Positions 50,324-60,584 are shown, counted from the stretch's first letter. The stretch is 64,000 nt of DNA from Syntrophorhabdaceae bacterium (GCA_963666485.2 CAXXUO010000009.1:224001-288000); one strand, 5' to 3'. The notes: a model not told the origin generated them from the sequence alone. Program-made: numbers and translations.

Positions 50324-51588
50324 TTTCGTGCCCCTGCCGCGGCCCCTTCGCACCCTGCCGGAAGCACGCCGCGGGACGGTATCATGTCCGGGCGGTGCTC
50401 CTTCAAGGCCGGGACGACAAGCCTTACCATCTTCTCACGGTCTTTGGCATTGACAAAAGCGTGGAGCGGCATAGATATCAGCCTGTCAGCAACCAGGCGC
50501 GCGCGGGGGAAGCTCAAGCCCGCGAAACGGTGCGCGATCTGCGGGATCTCGTTCGCAGGCGACGGGTACATGTGCGTTATGCCCAGTCCCATCCTCGCGG
50601 ACGCGGCGCATATCCTTTTCTTCTCTTCGCGGTTCTTCACGATTACAGGCAATCGCAGGTACGAAACCGGGCCTGACTGCCCCGGCTGACCGCAGGCCTT
50701 TATTTCCCTGCTGAGGCAGGCAGCCTGTTCCTTTCGCGTCGCGATCGCTTTTTCGAGCCTCTCCCGCCACGTGACGCATAGTCCTGCCTGCATGGACGAA
50801 AACCGTTCTACAGGAAAATGTGCATCAAAAAATGTCTGGCCCAACTTAAGGAAGGGCATCGCCGCCGGGATCCAGTATAAACAAGGACGGATAAAAAAGG
50901 TCATTAACGCCGTTCTTGCAAAATCTCTTATGACCCGCCCTTTTGCCGGACAGCCTATCCGGTCATACTGATTCTGAATTGAGGCAGCCAGGCTGTCCGA
51001 GTCGGTCACGATTATACCTCCCGACCCGCACGTTACCGCCTTTCCCCTGCCGAGGCTGAAAAACCCGGCGTCGCCGATAGTCCCCAGGTATCTGTTCCCT
51101 GACTTTCCTCCCATGGCCTGGGCAGCGTCCTCGAGAACGAATATGTTCTTTTGGCTGCACATCTCTGCAATATCATCCATTTTCGAGGGTATGCCGAAAA
51201 GATGGTTGGGGATGACGCACAGGGTTTTTTCGTTGAGTGTTAGATCCAATTCAACCAGATCGAGATCGAGTGACGAGGCATCGATGTCGCACAGTGCGAC
51301 GGCAAGGCCTGCCCGGACTATAGCAGAGGGTACCGAAAAACAGGTATACGCCGGTATCAGGACCTCCGTTCGCTCGGGCCTTAAGGACCTCATTGCCATG
51401 AGGATGACATAGAGCGAAGCCTTGCCGGATGAAGTGAAGAACACGTGCTTAACCCCGAAGTATTCCCGGACCTCGTCTCTCAATTTTTCATTGTATGGTG
51501 TGCCCGCCAGGAAACCCTTGACCCCGTTCCAAAGGTCAGAAAAGCCGAGCGGCGCGGCGGTTGGGGGTAGGGTTCGCCGGACTCTCAT
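50320..51588 (-). CDS. DegT/DnrJ/EryC1/StrS-family PLP aminotransferase
   Basis: SSGKASL, PAYTC, HLFG, EDAAQA, FSLGRGK. Confidence 0.88.
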   Translation of the reverse strand: MRVRRTLPPTAAPLGFSDLWNGVKGFLAGTPYNEKLRDEVREYFGVKHVFFTSSGKASLYVILMAMRSLRPERTEVLIPAYTCFSVPSAIVRAGLAVALCDIDASSLDLDLVELDLTLNEKTLCVIPNHLFGIPSKMDDIAEMCSQKNIFVLEDAAQAMGGKSGNRYLGTIGDAGFFSLGRGKAVTCGSGGIIVTDSDSLAASIQNQYDRIGCPAKGRVIRDFARTALMTFFIRPCLYWIPAAMPFLKLGQTFFDAHFPVERFSSMQAGLCVTWRERLEKAIATRKEQAACLSREIKACGQPGQSGPVSYLRLPVIVKNREEKKRICAASARMGLGITHMYPSPANEIPQIAHRFAGLSFPRARLVADRLISMPLHAFVNAKDREKMVRLVVPALKEHRPDMIPSRGVLPAGCEGAAAGARK

Positions 51589-51637
51589 GCTATTGACCTC
51601 GCTGATCTGAAATAGGCATAACGGGATTTCGGGTTTC

Positions 51638-52678
51638 CTAGGGCAGGTTTTTTACCACGGACGGCCCGACCAGTTTCGTCAACGGCACCGGCAGGTGCTG
51701 CCAGATCTTTATGGCCAGGCTGTATTTCGGGTTATGGGGATTTATCTCGGGAAGAGGCTCGCCGTTCTCCATCCAGTAGTGCCAGTACAGCTGCCTGGGT
51801 TTGGCGCCCCATTGCTCCTTGAACTTATACGTTCCTTCGCCCGGGGTCGACCGGCCGAAATCGAAGACCTTAATGCCCTGCCGGCAGGCAAGCTGCAGCA
51901 CGCTGGAATACAGGAGCATGTTCGTCCCGAACCTGTTGAACTTCTTAAGTGACGATGCCCAGGGGATCTCCATAGTGTCTTTGAAGCTTATGAGGAAACC
52001 CGATGCCGCCGGGACGCCCTCTTTCGTATAAACAGTGCAGATGCGGGTCCTTTCGGGGAACGTCGTGAGGATATTCCGGAAGAACTTCAGGGAATAAACG
52101 GGCGTCCCGAGGTCCCGCATATTGCGTGAAAAGACGTCATAAAAGCTGCGCAGTTCCCCGCGGCCGCCGAAATGCACTGTCATGCCCTCCTTGACGGCGC
52201 GCCGTATCTGGCTTCGCAGCTTTGACCCGAAAGATGCCTCGAGAGTGTCGAATCTTTCCGGAAGATCGAGGAGCATGGTCACCTTGGAGATTTTTACCGG
52301 CATCTGAGGCAGAACATTGTCGCAATGCCTTAATTCGATATGCTTCATGCCTGCGACGCCCGCAATGACCGCTGCCTCGCGCACAAGGTTTGCACGCACC
52401 TCGCCATCGTCATTGTCCGTGCATATGCCGCCGTAATTCAAGAACGGCATCGATATCCCGAAGCTTCCGAAGAGCATGCTTTTCAGATGGACAACAGGGA
52501 GGATGCCATTTATGGATCCCGCGTTATCATGGGAGAGCAGATACCACGTCCTGTGACCGAACGTTCTTTCTATGATCTCCTTCCAGCCTGAAAGGTGGCA
52601 ACAGGTGGCATTTTCGCTGTTCATGACGTAATCGTCCCAGGCGTCGCGGTAACTCGGGTCGTAAAGATGGACCTTCAT
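51638..52678 (-). CDS. FemAB-family (XrtA/PEP-CTERM-associated) aminoacyl/acyl transferase
   Basis: SMPFLNYGG, KLRSQIRR, NMRDLGTPV, EIPWASS, FDFGRST, FKEQWGA. Confidence 0.9.
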   Translation of the reverse strand: MKVHLYDPSYRDAWDDYVMNSENATCCHLSGWKEIIERTFGHRTWYLLSHDNAGSINGILPVVHLKSMLFGSFGISMPFLNYGGICTDNDDGEVRANLVREAAVIAGVAGMKHIELRHCDNVLPQMPVKISKVTMLLDLPERFDTLEASFGSKLRSQIRRAVKEGMTVHFGGRGELRSFYDVFSRNMRDLGTPVYSLKFFRNILTTFPERTRICTVYTKEGVPAASGFLISFKDTMEIPWASSLKKFNRFGTNMLLYSSVLQLACRQGIKVFDFGRSTPGEGTYKFKEQWGAKPRQLYWHYWMENGEPLPEINPHNPKYSLAIKIWQHLPVPLTKLVGPSVVKNLP

Positions 52679-53586
52679 GACCGTATCTCTTCGCCGGGTC
52701 CCCCGGCAGGAAGCGCTGCGTCTTCCAGATCGAGGAAGTGCGAACACGGCACAAAATTGCTTTTCCTGAACGTCATAAAAAAATGTTCCAGCCTCTTCAG
52801 GGTTTTATCGAGGTTGAGATAATGCCGGATGCGGGCCAGTGAACCGATCCCGAGGGATTGCCTCGGTTGGGCAGGGTCTATTTCCCAGGGGTGGCAGTAA
52901 AATACGTAGTGGCCCTGGTCCTGCAATATCCTCGAGACACCCAGCTCAAAAAGATGCGTCGGCCAGAACCTGAAATAACCCCCGCCTGCCCACGGTATCG
53001 TCTTCCCGGCTACATTAAGGTTGCTTACCGGCAATTCTTTCACGCCATTTATGAATGCGAGATGGCCCTGTGATGTCACCTCGAGGCCATATACCCTCCC
53101 GTGGCGCTTATCGAGGGCAAAGTTGTTGTAGCTTGAATCATAGGCAAAGCCAAGTTCCCGAAGGATGCCTACGAGGTCGCCGGTGATAGAAAAATTGGGC
53201 GCCCGGTATCCGAGCGGGGCCCGGCCGGTGATCTCGCCAAGGACCTCCCTGCTCATCTCAAGGTCTTTGCGCAGTTCCGATACGGAAAGATCGCTGCATA
53301 ACCTGTGATAATAGCCGTGCGACGCGACCTCGTGGCCCATGGCCGCTATTTTCTTTACAAGGTCTTTACGCCGCTTCGCCACCCAGCCAAGGATGAAAAA
53401 TGTCGCCCGGACCCCGTAAAGGTCAAAGAGTTCGAGAAGCTTATAAGCGTTCCCCTCGATACGCGACTCACAAAGCTCCCATTTTTCATGGGGAAAGCAG
53501 GCCCTCAGGTTCTCAACCTGGAACCAGTCTTCGAAGTCGACTGTAACGATCAGTGAACCCGGTACGCCGGGCTTACGGGCACCCAT
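52675..53586 (-). CDS. XrtA-system-type polysaccharide deacetylase (DUF3473)
   Basis: TVDFEDWFQ, ATFFILGW, HEVASHG, GYRAPNFS, GGGYFR, YCHPWEIDP.QPR. Confidence 0.9.
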   Translation of the reverse strand: MGARKPGVPGSLIVTVDFEDWFQVENLRACFPHEKWELCESRIEGNAYKLLELFDLYGVRATFFILGWVAKRRKDLVKKIAAMGHEVASHGYYHRLCSDLSVSELRKDLEMSREVLGEITGRAPLGYRAPNFSITGDLVGILRELGFAYDSSYNNFALDKRHGRVYGLEVTSQGHLAFINGVKELPVSNLNVAGKTIPWAGGGYFRFWPTHLFELGVSRILQDQGHYVFYCHPWEIDPAQPRQSLGIGSLARIRHYLNLDKTLKRLEHFFMTFRKSNFVPCSHFLDLEDAALPAGGPGEEIRS

Positions 53587-53591
53587 CGTCC

Positions 53592-55103
53592 TTAGCGTGC
53601 CCCGTCCTTGAGAAGGACCACGCCCACAGTCCTGAGGATTATCTTCAGATCGAGGAAAAGAGACATGTTCTTGACATAATAGAGATCATATTCGAGTTTG
53701 GTCCGGGCATCTTCCACCGATGCCCCGTACCGGTAATTTATCTGCGCCCACCCGGTAAGTCCCGGTTTTATCGTGTGCCGGACAAAATAATACGGTACCT
53801 GCTTCTCGAGGATATCGACAAATTCCGGCCTCTCGGGACGGGGGCCGACGAGGCTCATGTCGCCCTTGAATATGTTCCAGATCTGGGGGAGTTCATCAAC
53901 GTGCGTCAGGCGCAGGACCCTGCCGACGCGGGTGACACGGGGATCTTTCTCTTTCGCCCATTGCGCCCCGCCCTCCTCGGCCCGGTATTGCATCGAGCGG
54001 AATTTATAGATCGTGAACGCCTCACGGTCCTTACCCACTCTTCGCTGCGTGTAAAAGATCGGCCCCGGGGAATCGAGCTTGATGGCAAGAACGGCAAAAC
54101 CGAGTACCGGGCTCATCGCGAGAAGAATAAGGCCGGACGCGATAAAATCCATCAGGCGCTTGAATTTCTGCACATAGTCCGCCCGAAGCAGGTAAAAACC
54201 CTGGGCGAAGAGGAGCCACTGGTCGCCGATGCTCCCGACCGGGATCCTGCCGGTCAATGCCTCGTACACGTCAGCCATATCGAGAACGTTGATACCCTTC
54301 AGCCGTGCCTCCAGGACGTTCCTGACCAGGTGTTCGGAGCGATTCCTGGGTATCGCCAGAATGGTCGTATCGACGCTCGCCCTGCCGGCAATTTCGACTA
54401 TCCGGTCGGTCCCTCCGATAACGGCCGGGCCCGACGGATCACTGAACAATGAAGGATCGTCATCAATAAACCCTTTGATCTCATAGGGCGACAGGGGAGA
54501 CTTGAGGAGCTTATAGATGGTCTTCCCGCATGCACCTGCGCCGAGGATCAGGACCGGCTTGCGCTGACCCGATTTCTGGAACATTATTCCATAGCCGAAC
54601 CGCCACAGGTTCAGGAAATACCAGGAGAGTACCGCCTCGAGGAGCATGACGCCCCGTCCGTAGGGCCAAAGCGGTGCTATATAGAAGATGGATACGACAA
54701 TGATGGTTCCGAGACCGACGGCGATCGCGCTGCGAAATGCCGTTTCCCATGAGCGGAAGACCCGCTGGACATTGTAGAGGTCAAAAATATACAGGGCTAC
54801 CGGATAAAGGGCGAGGGTGAAGGACGGCTCGACTGCATACGCGGTGACCGTATCCCAGCTGAAACGTATTCTGAGGCCGATGCTGAGAATGACGGCGCAC
54901 AGGATCAATACGACGTCTCCGAGCAGGAGAAGCCAGCGGTGCCGGGGAAATCCGAGGGTCACATATGAATCCGCCTTCAGGCCATGACCTATGTCCCTTA
55001 CGGGCGATGCATCGGCGTCAACCGCTGTCGCATCGGGGAAGAACAGGTGTCCGGAGGAATCTTTGAAACCCCATGTGTTCGCATCCTTTATCGCCTTGTG
55101 CAT
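53592..55103 (-). CDS. Priming polyprenyl glycosylphosphotransferase (WcaJ/EpsB-like sugar transferase)
   Basis: FKRLMD, YKFRSM, DPRVTRVG, DELPQIWN, SLVGPRPERP, KPGLTGWAQI, KLEYDLYY; start uncertain. Confidence 0.93.
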   Translation of the reverse strand: MHKAIKDANTWGFKDSSGHLFFPDATAVDADASPVRDIGHGLKADSYVTLGFPRHRWLLLLGDVVLILCAVILSIGLRIRFSWDTVTAYAVEPSFTLALYPVALYIFDLYNVQRVFRSWETAFRSAIAVGLGTIIVVSIFYIAPLWPYGRGVMLLEAVLSWYFLNLWRFGYGIMFQKSGQRKPVLILGAGACGKTIYKLLKSPLSPYEIKGFIDDDPSLFSDPSGPAVIGGTDRIVEIAGRASVDTTILAIPRNRSEHLVRNVLEARLKGINVLDMADVYEALTGRIPVGSIGDQWLLFAQGFYLLRADYVQKFKRLMDFIASGLILLAMSPVLGFAVLAIKLDSPGPIFYTQRRVGKDREAFTIYKFRSMQYRAEEGGAQWAKEKDPRVTRVGRVLRLTHVDELPQIWNIFKGDMSLVGPRPERPEFVDILEKQVPYYFVRHTIKPGLTGWAQINYRYGASVEDARTKLEYDLYYVKNMSLFLDLKIILRTVGVVLLKDGAR

Positions 55104-55130
55104 GTCTCTTTCCCGGGAGCCTTTCGTTCG

Positions 55131-55862
55131 CTAGAGCCGGTCGTAAATGAACTGCGGGATGTAGTGCCGGCGTTTATTGAAAACCACACCGAGAACGTTT
55201 CCTCCTTCCGAGACTATCTTTTCCTTGAGGCCCAGTGCAGCCTGCCAGCGTGTCTTTTCGGCCTCGACGACGATTATCACCCCGTCTACCATGGACATCA
55301 TCGACGGTCCGTTCGCAAACAACTCCTGGGGATAATCAATGATCGTAAGGTCAAATTGCTGATTCAGGGCATTCCAGAAACCACTCCCGTTCTCGTTGAG
55401 AGAGATCTGAACGCGAGGCGAATCGGCCCAGAGGAAAAAAGGAAGGACAGACATGCCGCCCCCATTCACGGGATAGATAGCCCCGTCGAGGGGGGCCTTT
55501 CTTTCCAGAATATCCTCCAGGCTGACAGACGGGTCTATTGCCCGACACGTGAATCCATCGCAGCCTCCCTGGCAGTCGACGAGAAGGGCCTTCTTATCGA
55601 GCCGGGATGTAACGGTCTTTGCAAGTTCCCGGGCAATGGTGGATACCCCTTCTTTCGAACGTGGCCCCACGAAAAGGATACTGCGGTGATCCCGGTCCGG
55701 AAGGGTTGTGGCGATCGTATAGTAGAGCGAACTCATTTCGGCATCTATTCCGTACACCTCAATATCAGGGGATATGTTCCCGGATAATGTCGGGGACGAA
55801 ACAGTTTTCGCATCTGTGACGCCCAGATCGCGTCTCTCAAGTGCATCATAAATTTTGCTCAT
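55131..55862 (-). CDS. CpsD/CapB-family tyrosine kinase-like protein with degenerate Walker A
   Basis: MSKIYDALE, EGVST, LLVD, IIDYP, DGVIIVVEAEKT, LGVVFN, YIP..IY..L. Confidence 0.8.
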   Translation of the reverse strand: MSKIYDALERRDLGVTDAKTVSSPTLSGNISPDIEVYGIDAEMSSLYYTIATTLPDRDHRSILFVGPRSKEGVSTIARELAKTVTSRLDKKALLVDCQGGCDGFTCRAIDPSVSLEDILERKAPLDGAIYPVNGGGMSVLPFFLWADSPRVQISLNENGSGFWNALNQQFDLTIIDYPQELFANGPSMMSMVDGVIIVVEAEKTRWQAALGLKEKIVSEGGNVLGVVFNKRRHYIPQFIYDRL

Positions 55863-55921
55863 TTTGCCTCCTCAAGCGGGAATCGGATACCCCGAGGCCC
55901 CGCATTGTTCGTGTCGGTCTA

Positions 55922-57148
55922 TCAGTGGACCGTCCCCTGGCCATCCTTTAATTCCGGAAAGCTCAATACGCTGCCCACGTGAATAACATTAGGGTTAACG
56001 ACATGAGGGTTGTTTTCGGCGATCGTTTTCATTGTCCGGGAATCGACCTTGCCATAGATCTGTCGGGACAACTTGTACAGGGTATCGCCGGGGGCAACGG
56101 ATTTCTTTGTGACGGACCTTTTCTCAACGAGCGCTGACTGCTCTTCTTCTGCCGGTTTATTTTCGGCAACCGGGATGACCGCTTTCATCGCGGCATCGGG
56201 TTTCTTTTGCTGGCTTACCGTGACTGGCTTCAACCTGCTGCGCACAACATCGTGATTTGGTATGATCCATGCCATGGCTATGAGGAAAATGGTCAACGCG
56301 GATAAAGCCGGAAACCACCACCTGCCGCCCGAAGGCCATTTGACGCCATCGAAGTCATGTATTATCTCCCTGACTATCCCGCGCGTGACCTGCCGTTTGC
56401 GATAACCGAAACCGGTGATCAGCGCATTATCGCAAAGAATATTTATGGTGCGCGGTATCCCTTTTGCTTTTCTGATTATGGCAGGGAGCGCGTACCGTGT
56501 AAAAATGGAGGATGCCGCTGCCCCTGCTTTCTGCAATCTGTACCGGATGTATTCAAGGCTCTCTTTCTCGGTCAGCGGCAGGATCGTGGATTTTATTGCC
56601 AGGCGCTGCTTAAGTTGCCGCAACCGGTGCTCCTTGAGCTGCTCCTCAAATTCCGGCTGCCCGATCAGCACGATCTGTATCAGCTTTTCGCGGGATGTTT
56701 CGAGGTTTGAGAGCATCCGCAGGTCTTCCAGTGTATCGATGGGCATGTTCTGCGCCTCGTCAATGACAAGGACGACGGTATTCCCCTGGTTGTATTCCTC
56801 GATAAGGAATTCATAAAGCCGGTTGGTCATTTCGACAACATCCTGTGTATCGATCTCGAGATCGAGGTCCCTGTATATTGTCCTCAAAAGCCCTTCGTAA
56901 GAAAGCCTCGCATTGAAGACGTAAATAATTTTGAGATGCGTCCTGTCTGCCCTTTCGAGGTACGACCGGAGGATAGTCGTCTTCCCTACCCCCACTGCGC
57001 CGACTATCCCCACAAAACCCTTCTTTTTCTCGATGCCGTATATGATCGCAGCAAGCGCTTCTTTATGGCTCGGGCTCAGGTACAGGAACTCGGGGTCCGG
57101 CGTTATATGAAACGGTTGTTTCTTGAGATTGTAAAAATTAAGGTACAT
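55922..57148 (-). CDS. ExeA/GspA-family AAA ATPase with TM helix and C-terminal LysM-like domain
   Basis: PFHITPDP, GAVGVGKTT, IDEAQN, LRMLSNLE, IGQPE, GIPRTINILCD; VAPGDTLYKL...NP...IHVG. Confidence 0.9.
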   Translation of the reverse strand: MYLNFYNLKKQPFHITPDPEFLYLSPSHKEALAAIIYGIEKKKGFVGIVGAVGVGKTTILRSYLERADRTHLKIIYVFNARLSYEGLLRTIYRDLDLEIDTQDVVEMTNRLYEFLIEEYNQGNTVVLVIDEAQNMPIDTLEDLRMLSNLETSREKLIQIVLIGQPEFEEQLKEHRLRQLKQRLAIKSTILPLTEKESLEYIRYRLQKAGAAASSIFTRYALPAIIRKAKGIPRTINILCDNALITGFGYRKRQVTRGIVREIIHDFDGVKWPSGGRWWFPALSALTIFLIAMAWIIPNHDVVRSRLKPVTVSQQKKPDAAMKAVIPVAENKPAEEEQSALVEKRSVTKKSVAPGDTLYKLSRQIYGKVDSRTMKTIAENNPHVVNPNVIHVGSVLSFPELKDGQGTVH

Positions 57149-57180
57149 AGTTCACCATCCCGTTATCTCGTCCGGATGCT

Positions 57181-58557
57181 TCAGTCTCTTCTCATGACCG
57201 ATACGAGAACTGGAACACCCAGCGTTTTCTGTGCACTTGCCGGGGTCGGCATGCCCGGGGTCATAAGCTCAAGGGCAATTGCAAAGGCCACTCCCGCCGC
57301 AATACCGCCGAAAAAGCCCCCGGCTACCATCGCACCCTTCGTTATCTTTTGCTTCTTGGGGAAAGCGGGGACGGTGGCTTTCTGGACAATGCTCACTGCG
57401 ACCATCTTTTGCCGGTCCATGTCGTCCATGATCAGTGATTCCTCGAGCTTCCGCGCATATATCTGGTGGTTCTGTTCCAGTTGGGCCGCCTCGCGTCTTA
57501 ACGTCTGAAACTGGCGCCCGTTATTGTCAAGTGTGTTCAATTCATTTTCCACATCGCGTATCTGGGCCTTTATGCTCCCGAGCCGGGCACGGGCAACAAC
57601 GAGCTGCCCTTCCGTCTTTCCGATCTCAACCTGCCGCGCCTCCTCGTTGCTTTTCCTGATCGATTGTTTCAATGAGGCAAGGTCCTGCTGGACGGCAAGC
57701 ACAGCCCGTGATGTCTCGGTATATTTCTGAAGGAGGGCCTGCTCTTTCTGCTGGAGGCTTATCGATTGATTGCGCACCTCCGGGGGCATTTCGACTGTCC
57801 ATTTCGGGCTCCGGACGAAAGCGAGCTTCTGCTCGAGTTCGGTCGTTTCGTTCTGGGCGACTTTCAATTTGCTGTCAAGCATGCCGCGAAGGTTGATCAG
57901 GTTGGTCTTCTGTTCCTCGAACGAAAATACCTTGTTCTTGATCCTGAAGTCCGACAGGTTATTCTCGGAATCCCGCAGGCGCTGCTGGAACGCTTTTTCC
58001 TGGCGCTCGAGAAAGGCCGTTGTCTTGCCTCCGAACACATCAAGGTGCTTGTCCTTGAAATCATCGACCAGCGTGTTGACCACCTTTGCCGCCGTTTCCG
58101 GGTCGCGATGGGCGAACGCTACCTGGATAAGCCCCGAATTGGGAGCGTTCGAGACATTCAGGTCTTCTTCAAACGTCGATATTGCGGCCTGTTTCGATCT
58201 TTCATCCTTCGCTTTAAAATCTGGATAGATAGTCTTCAGGCCGACCTTATCGATAACGCGCATGATCAGGTCCCTGCTCGTCAATATGCTCAGCTCGCTC
58301 TTCATGATAGTTTCGGGCTGAATAAGAAGACCCGGCGCCGTGTTTGTCCCGTCGGACGATCTCATGAATTCCCTGCCGAGCTTGACGAGAAGAATGCTTT
58401 TCGCCTCAAAGACACGGGGCGCAAGAAGGGCATAGAGTGACAGAGACCCGAAGATCACGAGGAAGACCACGAGGATCGTGTATTTCCTCTTGAAAATAAC
58501 CGAGAGAATATCCCGTATATTTGAAAAATCTATGGGTTGATATTTTTTTTCGTCCAT
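57181..58557 (-). CDS. GumC/Wzc-like polysaccharide chain-length determinant (co-polymerase)
   Basis: Two TM helices flanking a long coiled coil; ELSILTS; LGVPVL at the C-terminus. Confidence 0.88.
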   Translation of the reverse strand: MDEKKYQPIDFSNIRDILSVIFKRKYTILVVFLVIFGSLSLYALLAPRVFEAKSILLVKLGREFMRSSDGTNTAPGLLIQPETIMKSELSILTSRDLIMRVIDKVGLKTIYPDFKAKDERSKQAAISTFEEDLNVSNAPNSGLIQVAFAHRDPETAAKVVNTLVDDFKDKHLDVFGGKTTAFLERQEKAFQQRLRDSENNLSDFRIKNKVFSFEEQKTNLINLRGMLDSKLKVAQNETTELEQKLAFVRSPKWTVEMPPEVRNQSISLQQKEQALLQKYTETSRAVLAVQQDLASLKQSIRKSNEEARQVEIGKTEGQLVVARARLGSIKAQIRDVENELNTLDNNGRQFQTLRREAAQLEQNHQIYARKLEESLIMDDMDRQKMVAVSIVQKATVPAFPKKQKITKGAMVAGGFFGGIAAGVAFAIALELMTPGMPTPASAQKTLGVPVLVSVMRRD

Positions 58558-58581
58558 TGTTTGTCGACCTCCTTCCGGTGG

Positions 58582-59364
58582 CTACGGTGTGATCACAGTG
58601 GTGGTGTAGCGGTCGGGGTAGACATTCGTAAAACCGCCAAGGGAGTATCTATACGGATTTGCAAATGTCTGCCAGCCGGGGAATCCTCCGGGGACGACCC
58701 TGTTGATATACTCGTCCACGAATTTATCGAGCCTCGCTATGTTGGATTTGGGTACGTAAACTATATCGTAGGGCATAAGATGTATGTCCTGCGCCAAGTC
58801 CGTCCCGTTTATCACCTTCGTGAGATCGATATTGGCCGCCATGGGACTCCCTTCGAAATCCTTGCGGAGGACTATGACATTGCTGATTCGCGCCGTTTCG
58901 CGTAACCCGCGCGCCTGCGCTATCGCCCTCATAACAGTGGTCGGGCCTTTGAGCTCAATGAGTCCGGGAAGGACGACCTCACCATCGACAAATATCCTCT
59001 GGTCCGAAAAATTACGTACGACAATGGTCACGTCCGGTTTTCTCACCTCTGTCAAGTATTTCTGGGTGACCTGTTCCTTCAACTGATTTGGTGTCAATCC
59101 GGCCGCTTTTATCTCCGAAGCCAGCTGGAGGGATATTCTCCCGTCCGGCCTTACGGGGACGGCCATCTCATTCAGTTCCGGGTTATTTGTGAATTTAACG
59201 TCGAGTACATCCCCCGGGGCGATAGTATATTCCTTTCCTGGATATGCTTTTGATTGCTGGTCCATCTGGCTTATTGAAGCCGGGTTCCTGACCGCGTTCG
59301 GAGCACATGAAACCAGAAGGACCAAACCCAAAAAAGCTGATAAAATTGCCGTTCCCGATCTCAT
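58582..59364 (-). CDS. wza: Polysaccharide export lipoprotein (Wza/OPX family)
   Basis: Lipobox LVSC; YTIAPGDVL, VRPDGRISL, AAGLT, LMPYDIVYVP. Confidence 0.9.
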   Translation of the reverse strand: MRSGTAILSAFLGLVLLVSCAPNAVRNPASISQMDQQSKAYPGKEYTIAPGDVLDVKFTNNPELNEMAVPVRPDGRISLQLASEIKAAGLTPNQLKEQVTQKYLTEVRKPDVTIVVRNFSDQRIFVDGEVVLPGLIELKGPTTVMRAIAQARGLRETARISNVIVLRKDFEGSPMAANIDLTKVINGTDLAQDIHLMPYDIVYVPKSNIARLDKFVDEYINRVVPGGFPGWQTFANPYRYSLGGFTNVYPDRYTTTVITP

Positions 59365-59374
59365 ATTCTTCTCC

Positions 59375-59629
59375 TTATTTCTGTCTATCCGGCCGTTGTT
59401 TCGGCGAACTCGTTTCGATATCCGGGGCTTCGACGCTGTCTCCTACCTTGTAAAGGTCCGCTTTGCCGCGAAGTTCGATAAAGCGGGTCTGTCCCCCATC
59501 GCAGTTCACAAGGGCCCTGCTTCCCTGTTTTTCGAGAATGACGCATCGTGCAGGCTGGCTGTAACCCAAGCCTGCGCATGCCAAAAATGCAAGAATGATC
59601 AGGAGCCCCCTCATACCGTGCCTTGCCAT
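59375..59629 (-). CDS. Small exported hypothetical protein
   Basis: GGAGG RBS, signal-peptide-like N-terminus, stop 10 nt before wza. Confidence 0.7.
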   Translation of the reverse strand: MARHGMRGLLIILAFLACAGLGYSQPARCVILEKQGSRALVNCDGGQTRFIELRGKADLYKVGDSVEAPDIETSSPKQRPDRQK

Positions 59630-59824
59630 GTCTGCCTCCCTTTATGTCTCCCCGTGCGCGGGCAGGCTACCGCCATCCGGCTTCCTGCCGGTCTTGTTTC
59701 TTGTCCCTTGAAGTGCCGGGGACTGGGGTCGACCAAATACATTCATCTCGTCTATGACACGGCCGGTGAAACGCCGTGCCGGTTGCTTCGTTCTGATGCG
59801 CCGCGATCAGGTCCGCAGCGCCCG

Positions 59825-60256
59825 TCATTTCCCGTGTATGACCGGGTGCGCGCCAACTGTTGCGGCCGTGTTCTTGCCGGCATGCCCGGCCATTTTCCGC
59901 ACCACCGACAATAATTCGCGGAAGTCGGAATCCTTGTACGTCATGAACCTCGGCCTCAAACTATGGCCAAGGGCGATAATATCCTTTTTTCTATTCGGCA
60001 GAATGAGCACCACCTGGACGTCACAGAAAAAGTATTTCATCGATATGATGTCCAGCAGATCTTCCTTATCTGTAGCGAAAATGATCGCGATGACCCTTCG
60101 CTCGGAGGGGAGACAGAAACGCTGCTTGAGGCTCGCAAGGCTCCTGAAGATCTCGATCCGCTCATCGAACAGAAGGGGTTCCAGGATTTCCCGCAGTTTT
60201 CGTGGAATATCTTCTTGATTTTTCGCATAGAACACCAGGTCGTTTTTCAGTTCCAT
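59825..60256 (-). CDS. Hypothetical protein, possibly a degenerate receiver-like fold
   Basis: AAGGAG RBS; alternating beta/alpha pattern (IAIIF, VVLILP, LRPRFM); first gene after the candidate promoter. Confidence 0.65.
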   Translation of the reverse strand: MELKNDLVFYAKNQEDIPRKLREILEPLLFDERIEIFRSLASLKQRFCLPSERRVIAIIFATDKEDLLDIISMKYFFCDVQVVLILPNRKKDIIALGHSLRPRFMTYKDSDFRELLSVVRKMAGHAGKNTAATVGAHPVIHGK

Positions 60257-60345
60257 TTTGGTTGTGCGCTCCTTGACCACCCTCGTTCGACTACCAAAGT
60301 CAAGCCTGTCTTATGCGTCGCAGGGACCATGATCCGAAGACAAAT

Positions 60346-60361
60346 ATCAATAATCGTGCCA
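60346..60361 (-). promoter_or_regulatory. Candidate sigma-54 promoter of the EPS operon
   Basis: Minus strand TGGCACGATTATTGAT: perfect -24 TGGCACG and correctly spaced TTGA in place of TTGC. Confidence 0.55.
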
Positions 60362-60584
60362 GAGAAACTGGCTCCTCTGGTGCGGCTATTATCAAGGGAG
60401 TACAGCGTGAGCCACTTCGATCCGCGTCTTTCCGGTACTGGCAAATGTTCACTTTTTAGGGACAAAAGTCCAATAAAAGGGGATTTACCTTTGCAATTGC
60501 GTACCCGCAAAAACCCGTAGACGGTGTCGGCCGTTTTCCGTAAGAGGTCCGCGATCCGTATAAAAGGTTGTTTGATGCTCGAGG

